A stretch of DNA of 64,000 bases from Octopus vulgaris (taxonomy: Eukaryota), in the NCBI GenBank assembly GCA_951406725.2, contig CATOCA020000017.1:15733-79732 (forward strand), given 5' to 3'. Position numbers and translations under genes: made by a program. Shown one piece after another: positions 1 to 11,539 of the stretch (position 1 is its first letter; each line of letters begins with the position of its first letter). The notes under the pieces were generated by a model. It was not told the DNA's origin. It did not search any database and was given only the letters and a program-made list of their open reading frames with translations.

Positions 1-1
1 C

Positions 2-827
2 CCCTCTGCCTTCACCCAATGCTTTGGTAAGGAAGGAGGAGGGAGAAAAACAAATACAAAAATCATCACAAACATTGACACGGAGATAAAAGAAAAAACT
101 TCCAACAATTTTGCTTCTGCTGCGAAGCAAATTTCGGAGGAAGTTAAGATAACTCTAGAAGATGTGAAAAGAGCGAAGGAATTGTTAAGGAAGGATGGCA
201 ATGGTATCTTCCTCAATACTCCACAAGAGGTGATTGAAAGCACCAACAAGCAAACAATAATTTACAAAGTTTTCGACAGAAAACTAAAAAGAATAACAAA
301 TGCCACACCCCAACAGTTGGAGATAGCTCTAAAGCCCATTTGGGCCCAAAAGAGCTACGTAACCAAGGGGAAGCGTTTTGGAACCGTGGAGGTTCGCTTC
401 CCAACAGAGGAGCTGGCAAGGGCGAACGCCATTTCGCCCTTGCAAACTGAGAATTTGTTACTAATTCCAACCCACCTCGGGCGAAGAGTTACAAAAATAA
501 AAATCGACCTCGTCCCCCCTGAATTAAATATGTCATGGCTGGTGGCAGCTGTCCTCTATGATATAGAGGACACTACCACCATTCTAGATGTCAGGAGAGT
601 GAGGGCGAAAAACTGGTTGGGGATGGGAGTGCTGCTTCTTGCGCAAATTCAGCAAGAGAATATAAGTAAAGTCCCTGATTTCGTAAGTTTGCCGGACGGC
701 ACTAGGCTAAACGTTGCTGTGGAGGGGCGAAAGCCAAAATGCTTTCTCTGCAGCAGCGAAAGCCACTTAAAGAGGGACTGTCCCATTCACAAAAAGAGGA
801 TGGAGGCTTTCAGCAAGAGGCAGCAGC

Positions 828-867
<40 letters not shown>

Positions 868-1675
868 CAAGCAACAACAACAGAAACAACAAAAACAGCA
901 AGAAACACCAAAGGCTGCCACACCACCAACACCATCACCAACACCAGCACCAAGACGAGCAACACCACCTCCAACAACAACAACCACCACCAAACCAACA
1001 CCGACAACCACCACCAAACCAACACCGACACCAGTACCTCGAAGGTCGACAGCAGCGACATCAACAGTAACAGGAGCAGCGGCACCACCGATACCGGTGG
1101 AACCAGAAACTTTTCGTCCTGCTACTGAAGCAGACCCCTCAACCATTCCTTTGCCGGATGAAGAGATCTCGGATTGTGCGAGCTCTGATTCCAACAAAGG
1201 AGAATGGAGTATAGTGCCTCCAAAGAAGAAAAGGAGGAAGAAACAAAAAGATTTACAGGGGAAGCACGAACAAATAGTGCTTCCCAACATCAACAACAAC
1301 AACAACAACAACACACACTCACAACAACAAACAACAACAACACTTTCGACACCACTACTGCCACTGCCACACACACAAACACACACAGACACAATTACAT
1401 CAATAAACACAAAGAACCAAAAACTAGTGGAGTACTTAAAAAACAAAACTAGTACAAATATAACCGATTTCATCATACCAACACAAAACACACCACCAGC
1501 ACACATTCTCACAATAAAAATAAATGCAAAATCATATGATGAAATCAAACAAATATTCCCTAACGATGTGGGATCGCTAGGGAAAAGTTTCTCGAAGAAA
1601 CTTTATAAAAACATTGTGGAAGCACCCGTGCAAAAGCACAAGGGAGCCACCCCCACCACCAACAACAGTAAGTAG
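2..1675 (+). CDS. Tx1 ORF1 type A (Gag-like nucleic-acid-binding protein), 5'-partial
   Basis: Open frame from window start. Zinc knuckle CFLCSSESHLKRDC (CX2CX4HX4C), polyQ, Pro/Thr-rich linker, basic NLS-like WSIVPPKKKRRKK. Confidence 0.88.
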
Positions 1676-1713
1676 AGCCTTTTTTTCTCCTTTTTTTCCC
1701 CCTACTTTGAGAC

Positions 1714-4700
1714 ATGGCAAATCTTAGAATCGGTTGCTTGAATGTGAGAGGCCTCGGGTCACCTTGGAAACAGGGTCACCTGTTAAACGACCTGAGGTTT
1801 CATGATGTGGATGTAGCAGCCATCAGTGAAACCAGGCTCTCCGACCCGCAGGAACTCGCAGCCCTTTTCGGCGGATACGAGATATTTCTATCTCCGTGTC
1901 GGCCGGGAGCGGGCGGTGGTGGTACTGCGGTGTTGTTTCGGAAGGGCCTGGACCTGAAAATAAGGACAGTCTTCTTGGATCCGGAAGGTAAGTTGGTGGT
2001 CCTCGACGTCGACGGTAGTGACGGCGGTGCTTTCAGACTGCTGGCTGCCTACGCTCCGACAGGAGCAGGGCAGTCGGATTATTTCAAACGTCTGGAAGTT
2101 TTCCTGGGAACGTCACGCACTCTAGTACTAGTTGGGGATTGGAACGCTGTCTTAGACGAACGTTTCGATCGGGTGGGCAGGGGAGCGTCTGTTAGGAGAG
2201 GGGGAGGGTGCAAGAGCCTCGCCAACCTACTCGGCCGCTTTCAGCTGTCCGACAGGTTTCGACTAGACAACCCGAATGTGCCAATGTGGACTTGGACAAA
2301 CCGCATCGGGTCGTCTAGATCGTACTTAGATAGAGTGTTTTGTAGGCCAGCGGATAAGGACAGCGTAGGGTGTCCACAATTCCACCTAGTCGAATATACG
2401 GACCACAAATTAGTGATCTGTACGGTCGACTTAGATAGGCTACATAGACAGGGACCCGGCTACTGGAAGCTGAACGCGTCGTTAACGGCGTGCAAAGCTT
2501 ACAGAGACCGGATTAGTTTACTAGTTAAGCGGGCGCTCACGGGGGCAATCATCAACAACAACTGGTGGTTTGCCCTCAAGAGAGCAATTAGAGTAGAGTC
2601 GATTAGGTATAGTAAGACTCTAGCTATTGAACGTAGGAAGAGAGAGCGGGATTTAGTTAAGAAACTAGACGAGGCTCTTGACACTGGCATCGCGACCGAC
2701 GTGTTGGCGGCAAGGTTGGCCCTCGACCAACACTTCGACGCCAAACACGAAGGCTGCGTTGTCAGAGCTAAGGCACGTTCGCTAAGCGGGGAGGGGACTA
2801 GAGCCGCTCGATGGGCCCGCGTGGCGGAGGCGAAGCGAGGCAACAGAGCAACCATTCGGTCTTTGGTGGACCAGAACGGGCGCGAGGTTACCCAACCGAA
2901 GCAGATGTGTACGGTGCTTCAGCGGCACTTTGCTCAACTGTTTGGGACGAGCGGTGGAACGGACACCAACGGTACAGACTTCGGTGTGTACCTGGACGGA
3001 CTGCCGCAACTCTCGGACAGCGAGGCAGAGTGCTGCGAAGGACCGATATCTGCCTGGGAAGTACAGGAAGCGATGAAGAGTTGCACGAGAGGTAGATCGC
3101 CGGGTTTGGATGGTCTGCCCTACGAGCTTTACTTTTCGATGCCAGACTTGTTTGCGGACCTGTTGGCAAACGTCTACTGCAACTGGCAGCAAAACGGGAG
3201 AATTCCTGCTTTTGTCTGTCGAGGGGTGGTGGCTTTGCTAAAGAAGGACCCAAACAAGGGGGACGTTATAGGGAATTTCCGGCCCATCACTCTGCTCAAT
3301 GCAGAGTTGAAGATTTTGGCCAAGGTGCTAGCCAAGAGATTGGCGCTTGTCGTGGACAAGCTGGTCGGCGGGACGCAGACATGCGCCGTGCCGACCAGGT
3401 CGATACACGACAACCTCCATCTCATGCGCTACATCATAGAGAGGGTGGGTAACGACGCTGGCGCGGGTGGGGCTTTGATCAACTTGGATCAGAGTAAAGC
3501 CTTCGATAGGGTCGACCATCGGTACCTGGCAGCTGTCCTCAAGGCAGCCGGCTTCGGTCCAGTCTTCCGCGGGTGGATCGCTGCTTTATACAGCAACATC
3601 TGCTCGGTGATACGGGTGAACGGTCACCTTTCGGAACCGTTCGACATCTCGCGTTCGGTCCGCCAAGGATGCCCTCTCTCCTCCCTCTTGTACATTTTGA
3701 CTCTCGAGCCATTACTGCGCAAGTTGGAGGCTTTGAGGGGCATCCCGCGCGATCTAGGAGGCGGAAACAGCGTGTCTGCTTATGCCGACGACGTCACCGT
3801 GGTGGTGTCGAGCCACAGGCACATTGGCCTGATTGGCGAGACGCTAAACCAGTACGAAGCGGTGACAGGGGCAAAGATTAACGCGGAAAAGTCTGTGGGC
3901 TTGCAACTGGGCACCTGGAGAGGCAAGCCCATGCCGTCCAACAGCGTCGTAGGGCGCTGGACAGACGGACCCGTTAAACTGCTCGGGGTCTGGTTCGGTC
4001 CGGACCTCCAGGTGGATAAGAACTGGGAAGAGGTGACGAGCAGGGTGGCACGTCTCACCCAGAAATGGGCCGAGAGGAAGCTGTCCCTGAAAGGTCGAGC
4101 GGAGGTGGCGAATGCGTACATCGCATCCGTCATCTATTACCGCTTGACCGTCGTCCCTTGTCCCGACCGCTGGTTGGCCAAGCTGGTACACCTGCTCTTC
4201 GACTTTTTGTGGAAGGGTCAGGTGCCACTGGTCAGGCGATCCATCTGCTGTCAACGACCGCTGAACGGAGGCCTTGGAATGCCGTGGTTGCTGTTGCGCA
4301 GACATGCGCTCAGGCTGCGGCATCTCAAGCGCTTCCTAGACGGTGAACAGGTGTGGTCGTCTTTTGTCAGACGCGATTTTCCGCAGCTCGTCTCTTTGAC
4401 GGAGCTGCAGACCTGGATCAAACGTAGACCGAGAAAGGGCGCTTGGCACCTCGAGTGCCGTCAAGCCCTCTCCGCCCTCCACCAGGCGGGCAATGCGGTC
4501 GGTTACAGCTCCACTCTAGCGTTCTATAGAGGGTTAGTGGAGGAAAAATGCGACGACGTTCTCGGGGAAACTCTAGGCGTTGAAGACGACGAACTGAGCG
4601 GTCTGTTCGGGAGGACTTTCGGGCCGGGGCCGATGGATAATTTCCAGAGGTCTCTCGCCTGGCAGTGCTACCGAGGGGCTCTGCCTGTTCGAGATAAACT

Positions 4701-5148
4701 CTACCGGCACGGAAGTGCCGTCAGCCGGGCCTGCCCGAGGTGTTGCCAGGACGACGAAACCGTTCTGCACGCACTCGTCCAGTGCCCGAGTATTGCTGAA
4801 ATATGGGTTTATGTCGAACAGCTACTGTCACGTGTAGGACGGATCCGACTATCGGCCGAATCCATAGTGAAGATTGCCCCGCCGACCTCCTTTAACAAGG
4901 AGGGCGAGGCCGTTTTCTTGTGCCTTGTGGCTGTGGCGAAAGAAGTCGTGTGGTGGACTCGTTTGAAAGGGCTAAAGTCAGACACTTTCCTCTTTGGTCA
5001 AGGCCTCATCAACTTTTTCAAGTTTCACTTGAAAAGGAAGATGAGGTTAGAGAGGAAAGTGCTGTCCGATAGCAAGTTTTATGAAAGGTGGGTGAATTGT
5101 GCGAGACTGGCCTGTATAAATGGACCAGTTCTCAGGTTTCGCCTGTGA
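1714..5148 (+). CDS. Tx1 ORF2: APE endonuclease + reverse transcriptase + C-terminal CCHC finger, intact 1144 aa
   Basis: EN motifs LNVRGL, ISETRL, VGDWN, SYLDRVF, TDH. RT motifs SPGLDGLP, NFRPITLLN, LDQSKAFDRV, RQGCPLS, AYADD. C-terminal CPRCCQDDETVLHALVQC. Confidence 0.95.
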   Translation: MANLRIGCLNVRGLGSPWKQGHLLNDLRFHDVDVAAISETRLSDPQELAALFGGYEIFLSPCRPGAGGGGTAVLFRKGLDLKIRTVFLDPEGKLVVLDVDGSDGGAFRLLAAYAPTGAGQSDYFKRLEVFLGTSRTLVLVGDWNAVLDERFDRVGRGASVRRGGGCKSLANLLGRFQLSDRFRLDNPNVPMWTWTNRIGSSRSYLDRVFCRPADKDSVGCPQFHLVEYTDHKLVICTVDLDRLHRQGPGYWKLNASLTACKAYRDRISLLVKRALTGAIINNNWWFALKRAIRVESIRYSKTLAIERRKRERDLVKKLDEALDTGIATDVLAARLALDQHFDAKHEGCVVRAKARSLSGEGTRAARWARVAEAKRGNRATIRSLVDQNGREVTQPKQMCTVLQRHFAQLFGTSGGTDTNGTDFGVYLDGLPQLSDSEAECCEGPISAWEVQEAMKSCTRGRSPGLDGLPYELYFSMPDLFADLLANVYCNWQQNGRIPAFVCRGVVALLKKDPNKGDVIGNFRPITLLNAELKILAKVLAKRLALVVDKLVGGTQTCAVPTRSIHDNLHLMRYIIERVGNDAGAGGALINLDQSKAFDRVDHRYLAAVLKAAGFGPVFRGWIAALYSNICSVIRVNGHLSEPFDISRSVRQGCPLSSLLYILTLEPLLRKLEALRGIPRDLGGGNSVSAYADDVTVVVSSHRHIGLIGETLNQYEAVTGAKINAEKSVGLQLGTWRGKPMPSNSVVGRWTDGPVKLLGVWFGPDLQVDKNWEEVTSRVARLTQKWAERKLSLKGRAEVANAYIASVIYYRLTVVPCPDRWLAKLVHLLFDFLWKGQVPLVRRSICCQRPLNGGLGMPWLLLRRHALRLRHLKRFLDGEQVWSSFVRRDFPQLVSLTELQTWIKRRPRKGAWHLECRQALSALHQAGNAVGYSSTLAFYRGLVEEKCDDVLGETLGVEDDELSGLFGRTFGPGPMDNFQRSLAWQCYRGALPVRDKLYRHGSAVSRACPRCCQDDETVLHALVQCPSIAEIWVYVEQLLSRVGRIRLSAESIVKIAPPTSFNKEGEAVFLCLVAVAKEVVWWTRLKGLKSDTFLFGQGLINFFKFHLKRKMRLERKVLSDSKFYERWVNCARLACINGPVLRFRL

Positions 5149-5680
5149 TTTCAAAGAAAAAGGTAATGTAAAAGGAGAAGAAAGGGGACTCTCTACACCC
5201 CCTTTTTTTGACCAGGCTCCCGTTGGCTTTTGTAGGGTTTTTTCCACCGGGAACATTTCGAGACGTCTCCCCCTTTTGGGAGTTTTTCATTGTTTTTAAT
5301 AATCATTGTTTTAAAGTTTTTTACACGGATTTTTTAACAAACGGACAAAACCCTTTGTAACCTTTCGTCCTGTCTTGTCCCTTTATGTAATCATGCGTGT
5401 CAGCCCTTGTGGCCAATAAAAAAAGAATTATTATTATTATTATTATTCCTTCCGACGCCGTTAGACGTACGTGAATCAGCTCCGTGAATTTGACACCAAT
5501 TTCATTGGAAATCTATTAATAGGTTTGAATATTTTTTAATATTTCTGTAGCCAAACCGACCGGCTTCTTGCGGAGCTCGTCGGTTGGGCGAAATTTTGCC
5601 CCATTCGGGGTGAAATTGCGTTTGAAAATTTTGAACATTTGACATTTTTCAACATTTTGAATATTACAACAAGAAAAAAC

Positions 5681-6703
5681 ATGGCTATGAAGCGAACAGT
5701 TGGCTGTTCCTTCCTTCAAAATACACTCCCTCCGCAAACACGCACAACTCGTACAAAACACCCACTTCACGCCTTAAAAGGCAACAAAGATTCTCCTTCC
5801 GAACCGCAGAGCACGCGCTCGGTTCAAAAGGAAAATGCAAGTCATGACGTCGCGTTCGACGTAATTCTTGATTTTCCCCCTCTGCCTTCACCCAATGCTT
5901 TGGTAAGGAAGGAGGAGGGAGAAAAAACAAATACAAAAATCATCACAAACATTGACACGGAGATAAAAGAAAAAACTTCCAACAATTTTGCTTCTGCTGC
6001 GAAGCAAATTTCGGAGGAAGTTAAGATAACTCTAGAAGATGTGAAAAGAGCGAAGGAATTGTTAAGGAAGGATGGCAATGGTATCTTCCTCAATACTCCA
6101 CAAGAGGTGATTGAAAGCACCAACAAGCAAACAATAATTTACAAAGTTTTCGACAGAAAACTAAAAAGAATAACAAATGCCACACCCCAACAGTTGGAGA
6201 TAGCTCTAAAGCCCATTTGGGCCCAAAAGAGCTACGTAACCAAGGGGAAGCGTTTTGGAACCGTGGAGGTTCGCTTCCCAACAGAGGAGCTGGCAAGGGC
6301 GAACGCCATTTCGCCCTTGCAAACTGAGAATTTGTTACTAATTCCAACCCACCTCGGGCGAAGAGTTACAAAAATAAAAATCGACCTCGTCCCCCCTGAA
6401 TTAAATATGTCATGGCTGGTGGCAGCTGTCCTCTATGATATAGAGGACACTACCACCATTCTAGATGTCAGGAGAGTGAGGGCGAAAAACTGGTTGGGGA
6501 TGGGAGTGCTGCTTCTTGCGCAAATTCAGCAAGAGAATATAAGTAAAGTCCCTGATTTCGTAAGTTTGCCGGACGGCACTAGGCTAAACGTTGCTGTGGA
6601 GGGGCGAAAGCCAAAATGCTTTCTCTGCAGCAGCGAAAGCCACTTAAAGAGGGACTGTCCCATTCACAAAAAGAGGATGGAGGCTTTCAGCAAGAGCAGC
6701 AGC

Positions 6704-6740
<37 letters not shown>

Positions 6741-7547
6741 CAAGCAACAACAACAGAAACAACAAAAACAGCAAGAAACACCAAAGGCTGCCACACCACC
6801 AACACCATCACCAACACCAGCACCAAGACGAGCAACACCACCTCCAACAACAACAACCACCACCAAACCAACACCGACAACCACCACCAAACCAACACCG
6901 ACACCAGTACCTCGAAGGTCGACAGCAGCGACATCAACAGTAACAGGAGCAGCGGCACCACCGATACCGGTGGAACCAGAAACTTTTCGTCCTGCTACTG
7001 AAGCAGACCCCTCAACCATTCCTTTGCCGGATGAAGAGATCTCGGATTGTGCGAGCTCTGATTCCAACAAAGGAGAATGGAATATAGTGCCTCCAAAGAA
7101 GAAAAGGAGGAAGAAACAAAAAGATTTACAGGGGAAGCACGAACAAATAGTGCTTCCCAACATCAACAACAACAACAACAACAACACACACTCACAACAA
7201 CAAACAACAACAACACTTTCGACACCACTACTGCCACTGCCACACACACAAACACACACAGACACAATTACATCAATAAACACAAAGAACCAAAAACTAG
7301 TGGAGTACTTAAAAACAAAACTAGTACAAATATAACCGATTTCATCATACCAACACAAAACACACCACCAGCACACATTCTCACAATAAAAATAAATGCA
7401 AAATCATATGATGAAATCAAACAAATATTCCCTAACGATGTGGGATCGCTAGGGAAAAGTTTCTCGAAGAAACTTTATAAAAACATTGTGGAAGCACCCG
7501 TGCAAAAGCACAAGGGAGCCACCCCCACCACCAACAACAGTAAGTAG
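5681..7547 (+). pseudogene. Tx1 ORF1 type A with two 1-nt frameshifts (~6696, ~7315)
   Basis: ATG at 5681 (MAMKRTVGCS). Otherwise almost identical to copy 1 ORF1. Missing G in AGAG(G)CAG and missing A in an A-run; these could be sequencing errors. Confidence 0.8.
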
Positions 7548-7585
7548 AGCCTTTTTTTCTCCTTTTTTTCCCCCTACTTTGAGAC

Positions 7586-10500
7586 ATGGCAAATCTTAGA
7601 ATCGGTTGCTTGAATGTGAGAGGCCTCGGGTCACCTTGGAAACAGGGTCACCTGTTAAACGACCTGAGGTTTCATGATGTGGATGTAGCAGCCATCAGTG
7701 AAACCAGGCTCTCCGACCCGCAGGAACTCGCAGCCCTTTTCGGCGGATACGAGATATTTCTATCTCCGTGTCGGCCGGGAGCGGGCGGTGGTGGTACTGC
7801 GGTGTTGTTTCGGAAGGGCCTGGACCTGAAAATAAGGACAGTCTTCTTGGATCCGGAAGGTAAGTTGGTGGTCCTCGACGTCGACGGTAGTGACGGCGGT
7901 GCTTTCAGACTGCTGGCTGCCTACGCTCCGACAGGAGCAGGGCAGTCGGATTATTTCAAACGTCTGGAAGTTTTCCTGGGAACGTCACGCACTCTAGTAC
8001 TAGTTGGGGATTGGAACGCTGTCTTAGACGAACGTTTCGATCGGGTGGGCAGGGGAGCGTCTGTTAGGAGAGGGGGAGGGTGCAAGAGCCTCGCCAACCT
8101 ACTCGGCCGCTTTCAGCTGTCCGACAGGTTTCGACTAGACAACCCGAATGTGCCAATGTGGACTTGGACAAACCGCATCGGGTCGTCTAGATCGTACTTA
8201 GATAGAGTGTTTTGTAGGCCAGCGGATAAGGACAGCGTAGGGTGTCCACAATTCCACCTAGTCGAAATATACGGACCACAAATTAGTGATCTGTACGGTC
8301 GACTTAGATAGGCTACATAGACAGGGACCCGGCTACTGGAAGCTGAACGCGTCGTTAACGGCGTGCAAAGCTTACAGAGACCGGATTAGTTTACTAGTTA
8401 AGCGGGCGCTCACGGGGGCAATCATCAACAACAACTGGTGGTTTGCCCTCAAGAGAGCAATTAGAGTAGAGTCGATTAGGTATAGTAAGACTCTAGCTAT
8501 TGAACGTAGGAAGAGAGAGCGGGATTTAGTTAAGAAACTAGACGAGGCTCTTGACACTGGCATCGCGACCGACGTGTTGGCGGCAAGGTTGGCCCTCGAC
8601 CAACACTTCGACGCCAAACACGAAGGCTGCGTTGTCAGAGCTAAGGCACGTTCGCTAAGCGGGGAGGGGACTAGAGCCGCTCGATGGGCCCGCGTGGCGG
8701 AGGCGAAGCGAGGCAACAGAGCAACCATTCGGTCTTTGGTGGACCAGAACGGGCGCGAGGTTACCCAACCGAAGCAGATGTGTACGGTACTTCAGCGGCA
8801 CTTTGCTCAACTGTTTGGGACGAGCGGTGGAACGGACACCAACGGTACAGACTTCGGTGTGTACCTGGACGGACTGCCGCAACTCTCGGACAGCGAGGCA
8901 GAGTGCTGCGAAGGACCGATATCTGCCTGGGAAGTACAGGAAGCGATGAAGAGTTGCACGAGAGGTAGATCGCCGGGTTTGGATGGTCTGCCCTACGAGC
9001 TTTACTTTTCAATGCCAGACTTGTTTGCGGACCTGTTGGCAAACGTCTACTGCAACTGGCAGCAAAACGGGAGAATTCCTGCTTTTGTCTGTCGAGGGGT
9101 GGTGGCTTTGCTAAAGAAGGACCCAAACAAGGGGGACGTTATAGGCAATTTCCGGCCCATCACTCTGCTCAATGCAGAGTTGAAGATTTTGGCCAAGGTG
9201 CTAGCCAAGAGATTGGCGCTTGTCGTGGACAAGCTGGTCGGCGGGACGCAGACATGCGCCGTGCCGACCAGGTCGATACACGACAACCTCCATCTCATGC
9301 GCTACATCATAGAGAGGGTGGGTAACGACGCTGGCGCGGGTGGGGCTTTGATCAACTTGGATCAGAGTAAAGCCTTCGATAGGGTCGACCATCGGTACCT
9401 GGCAGCTGTCCTCAAGGCAGCCGGCTTCGGTCCAGTCTTCCGCGGGTGGATCGCTGCTTTATACAGCAACATCTGCTCGGTGATACGGGTGAACGGTCAC
9501 CTTTCGGAACCGTTCGACATCTCGCGTTCGGTCCGCCAAGGATGCCCTCTCTCCTCCCTCTTGTACATTTTGACTCTCGAGCCATTACTGCGCAAGTTGG
9601 AGGCTTTGAGGGGCATCCCGCGCGATCTAGGAGGCGGAAACAGCGTGTCTGCTTATGCCGACGACGTCACCGTGGTGGTGTCGAGCCACAGGCACATTGG
9701 CCTGATTGGCGAGACGCTAAACCAGTACGAAGCGGTGACAGGGGCAAAGATTAACGCGGAAAAGTCTGTGGGCTTGCAACTGGGCACCTGGAGAGGCAAG
9801 CCCATGCCGTCCAACAGCGTCGTAGGGCGCTGGACAGACGGACCCGTTAAACTGCTCGGGGTCTGGTTCGGTCCGGACCTCCAGGTGGATAAGAACTGGG
9901 AAGAGGTGACGAGCAGGGTGGCACGTCTCACCCAGAAATGGGCCGAGAGGAAGCTGTCCCTGAAAGGTCGAGCGGAGGTGGCGAATGCGTACATCGCATC
10001 CGTCATCTATTACCGCTTGACCGTCGTCCCTTGTCCCGACCGCTGGTTGGCCAAGCTGGTACACCTGCTCTTCGACTTTTTGTGGAAGGGTCAGGTGCCA
10101 CTGGTCAGGCGATCCATCTGCTGTCAACGACCGCTGAACGGAGGCCTTGGAATGCCGTGGTTGCTGTTGCGCAGACATGCGCTCAGGCTGCGGCATCTCA
10201 AGCGCTTCCTAGACGGTGAACAGGTGTGGTCGTCTTTTGTCAGACGCGATTTTCCGCAGCTCGTCTCTTTGACGGAGCTGCAGACCTGGATCAAACGTAG
10301 ACCGAGAAAGGGCGCTTGGCACCTCGAGTGCCGTCAAGCCCTCTCCGCCCTCCACCAGGCGGGCAATGCGGTCGGTTACAGCTCCACTCTAGCGTTCTAT
10401 AGAGGGTTAGTGGAGGAAAAATGCGACGACGTTCTCGGGGAAACTCTAGGCGTTGAAGACGACGAACTGAGCGGTCTGTTCGGGAGGACTTTCGGGCCGG

Positions 10501-11021
10501 GGCCGATGGATAATTTCCAGAGGTCTCTCGCCTGGCAGTGCTACCGAGGGGCTCTGCCTGTTCGAGATAAACTCTACCGGCACGGAAGTGCCGTCAGCCG
10601 GGCCTGCCCGAGGTGTTGCCAGGACGACGAAACCGTTCTGCACGCACTCGTCCAGTGCCCGAGTATTGCTGAAATATGGGTTTATGTCGAACAGCTACTG
10701 TCACGTGTAGGACGGATCCGACTATCGGCCGAATCCATAGTGAAGATTGCCCCGCCGACCTCCTTTAACAAGGAGGGCGAGGCCGTTTTCTTGTGCCTTG
10801 TGGCTGTGGCGAAAGAAGTCGTGTGGTGGACTCGTTTGAAAGGGCTAAAGTCAGACACTTTCCTCTTTGGTCAAGGCCTCATCAACTTTTTCAAGTTTCA
10901 CTTGAAAAGGAAGATGAGGTTAGAGAGGAAAGTGCTGTCCGATAGCAAGTTTTATGAAAGGTGGGTGAATTGTGCGAGACTGGCCTGTATAAATGGACCA
11001 GTTCTCAGGTTTCGCCTGTGA
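7586..11021 (+). pseudogene. Tx1 ORF2 with a single +1 frameshift (~8266)
   Basis: GTCGAAATAT versus GTCGAATAT in the other copies. ORF track pieces 7586-8311 and 8286-11021 together match copy 1 ORF2. Confidence 0.85.
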
Positions 11022-11539
11022 TTTCAAAGAAAAAGGTAATGTAAAAGGAGAAGAAAGGGGACTCTCTACACCCCCTTTTTTTGACCAGGCTCCCGTTGGC
11101 TTTTGTAGGGTTTTTTCCACCGGGAACATTTCGAGACGTCTCCCCCTTTTGGGAGTTTTTCATTGTTGAATTTTATCATTGTTATAAAGATTTTTACTCG
11201 ATTTTTTAAAAACGGACAAAACCCTTTGTAACCTTTCGTCCTGTCTTGTCCCTTTATGTAATCATGCGTGTCAGCCCTTGTGGCCAATAAAAAAGAAAAG
11301 AATTGATTATTATTATTATTCCTTCCGACGCCGATGGACGTACGTGAATCAGCTCCGTGAATTTGACACCAATTTCATTGGAATTCATTTGATAAGTTTG
11401 AATATTTTTTAATATTTTTGTAGCCAAACCGACCGGCTTCTTGCGGAGCTCGTCGGTTGGGCGAAATTTTGCCCCATTCGGGGTGAAATTACTGTCTATC
11501 CTTTTGAAATTGACATTTTTTGCACACACACATTACAAA

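Larger units (their letters stand above)
1..5447 (+). mobile_element. L1/Tx1-clade non-LTR retrotransposon, array copy 1 (5' end outside window)
   Basis: ORF1 with CCHC knuckle, ORF2 with APE-RT-CCHC, 3' UTR ending GCCCTTGTGGCCAATAAAAAAAGA then (ATT)7 at 5427-5447. Position 1 aligns to 5877 of copy 2. Confidence 0.93.
5448..11320 (+). mobile_element. L1/Tx1 retrotransposon, array copy 2 (full length)
   Basis: Starts CCTTCCGACGCC directly after the (ATT)n of copy 1; ends AATAAA...GAATTG(ATT)5. Confidence 0.93.

Noticed and set aside
787-1548. Antisense Cys/Val-rich ORFs over ORF1, and short overlapping ORFs within ORF2, repeated in each copy
   Set aside because: By-products of CAA/ACA-rich low complexity and GC-rich coding sequence. 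Their recurrence only reflects copy identity.
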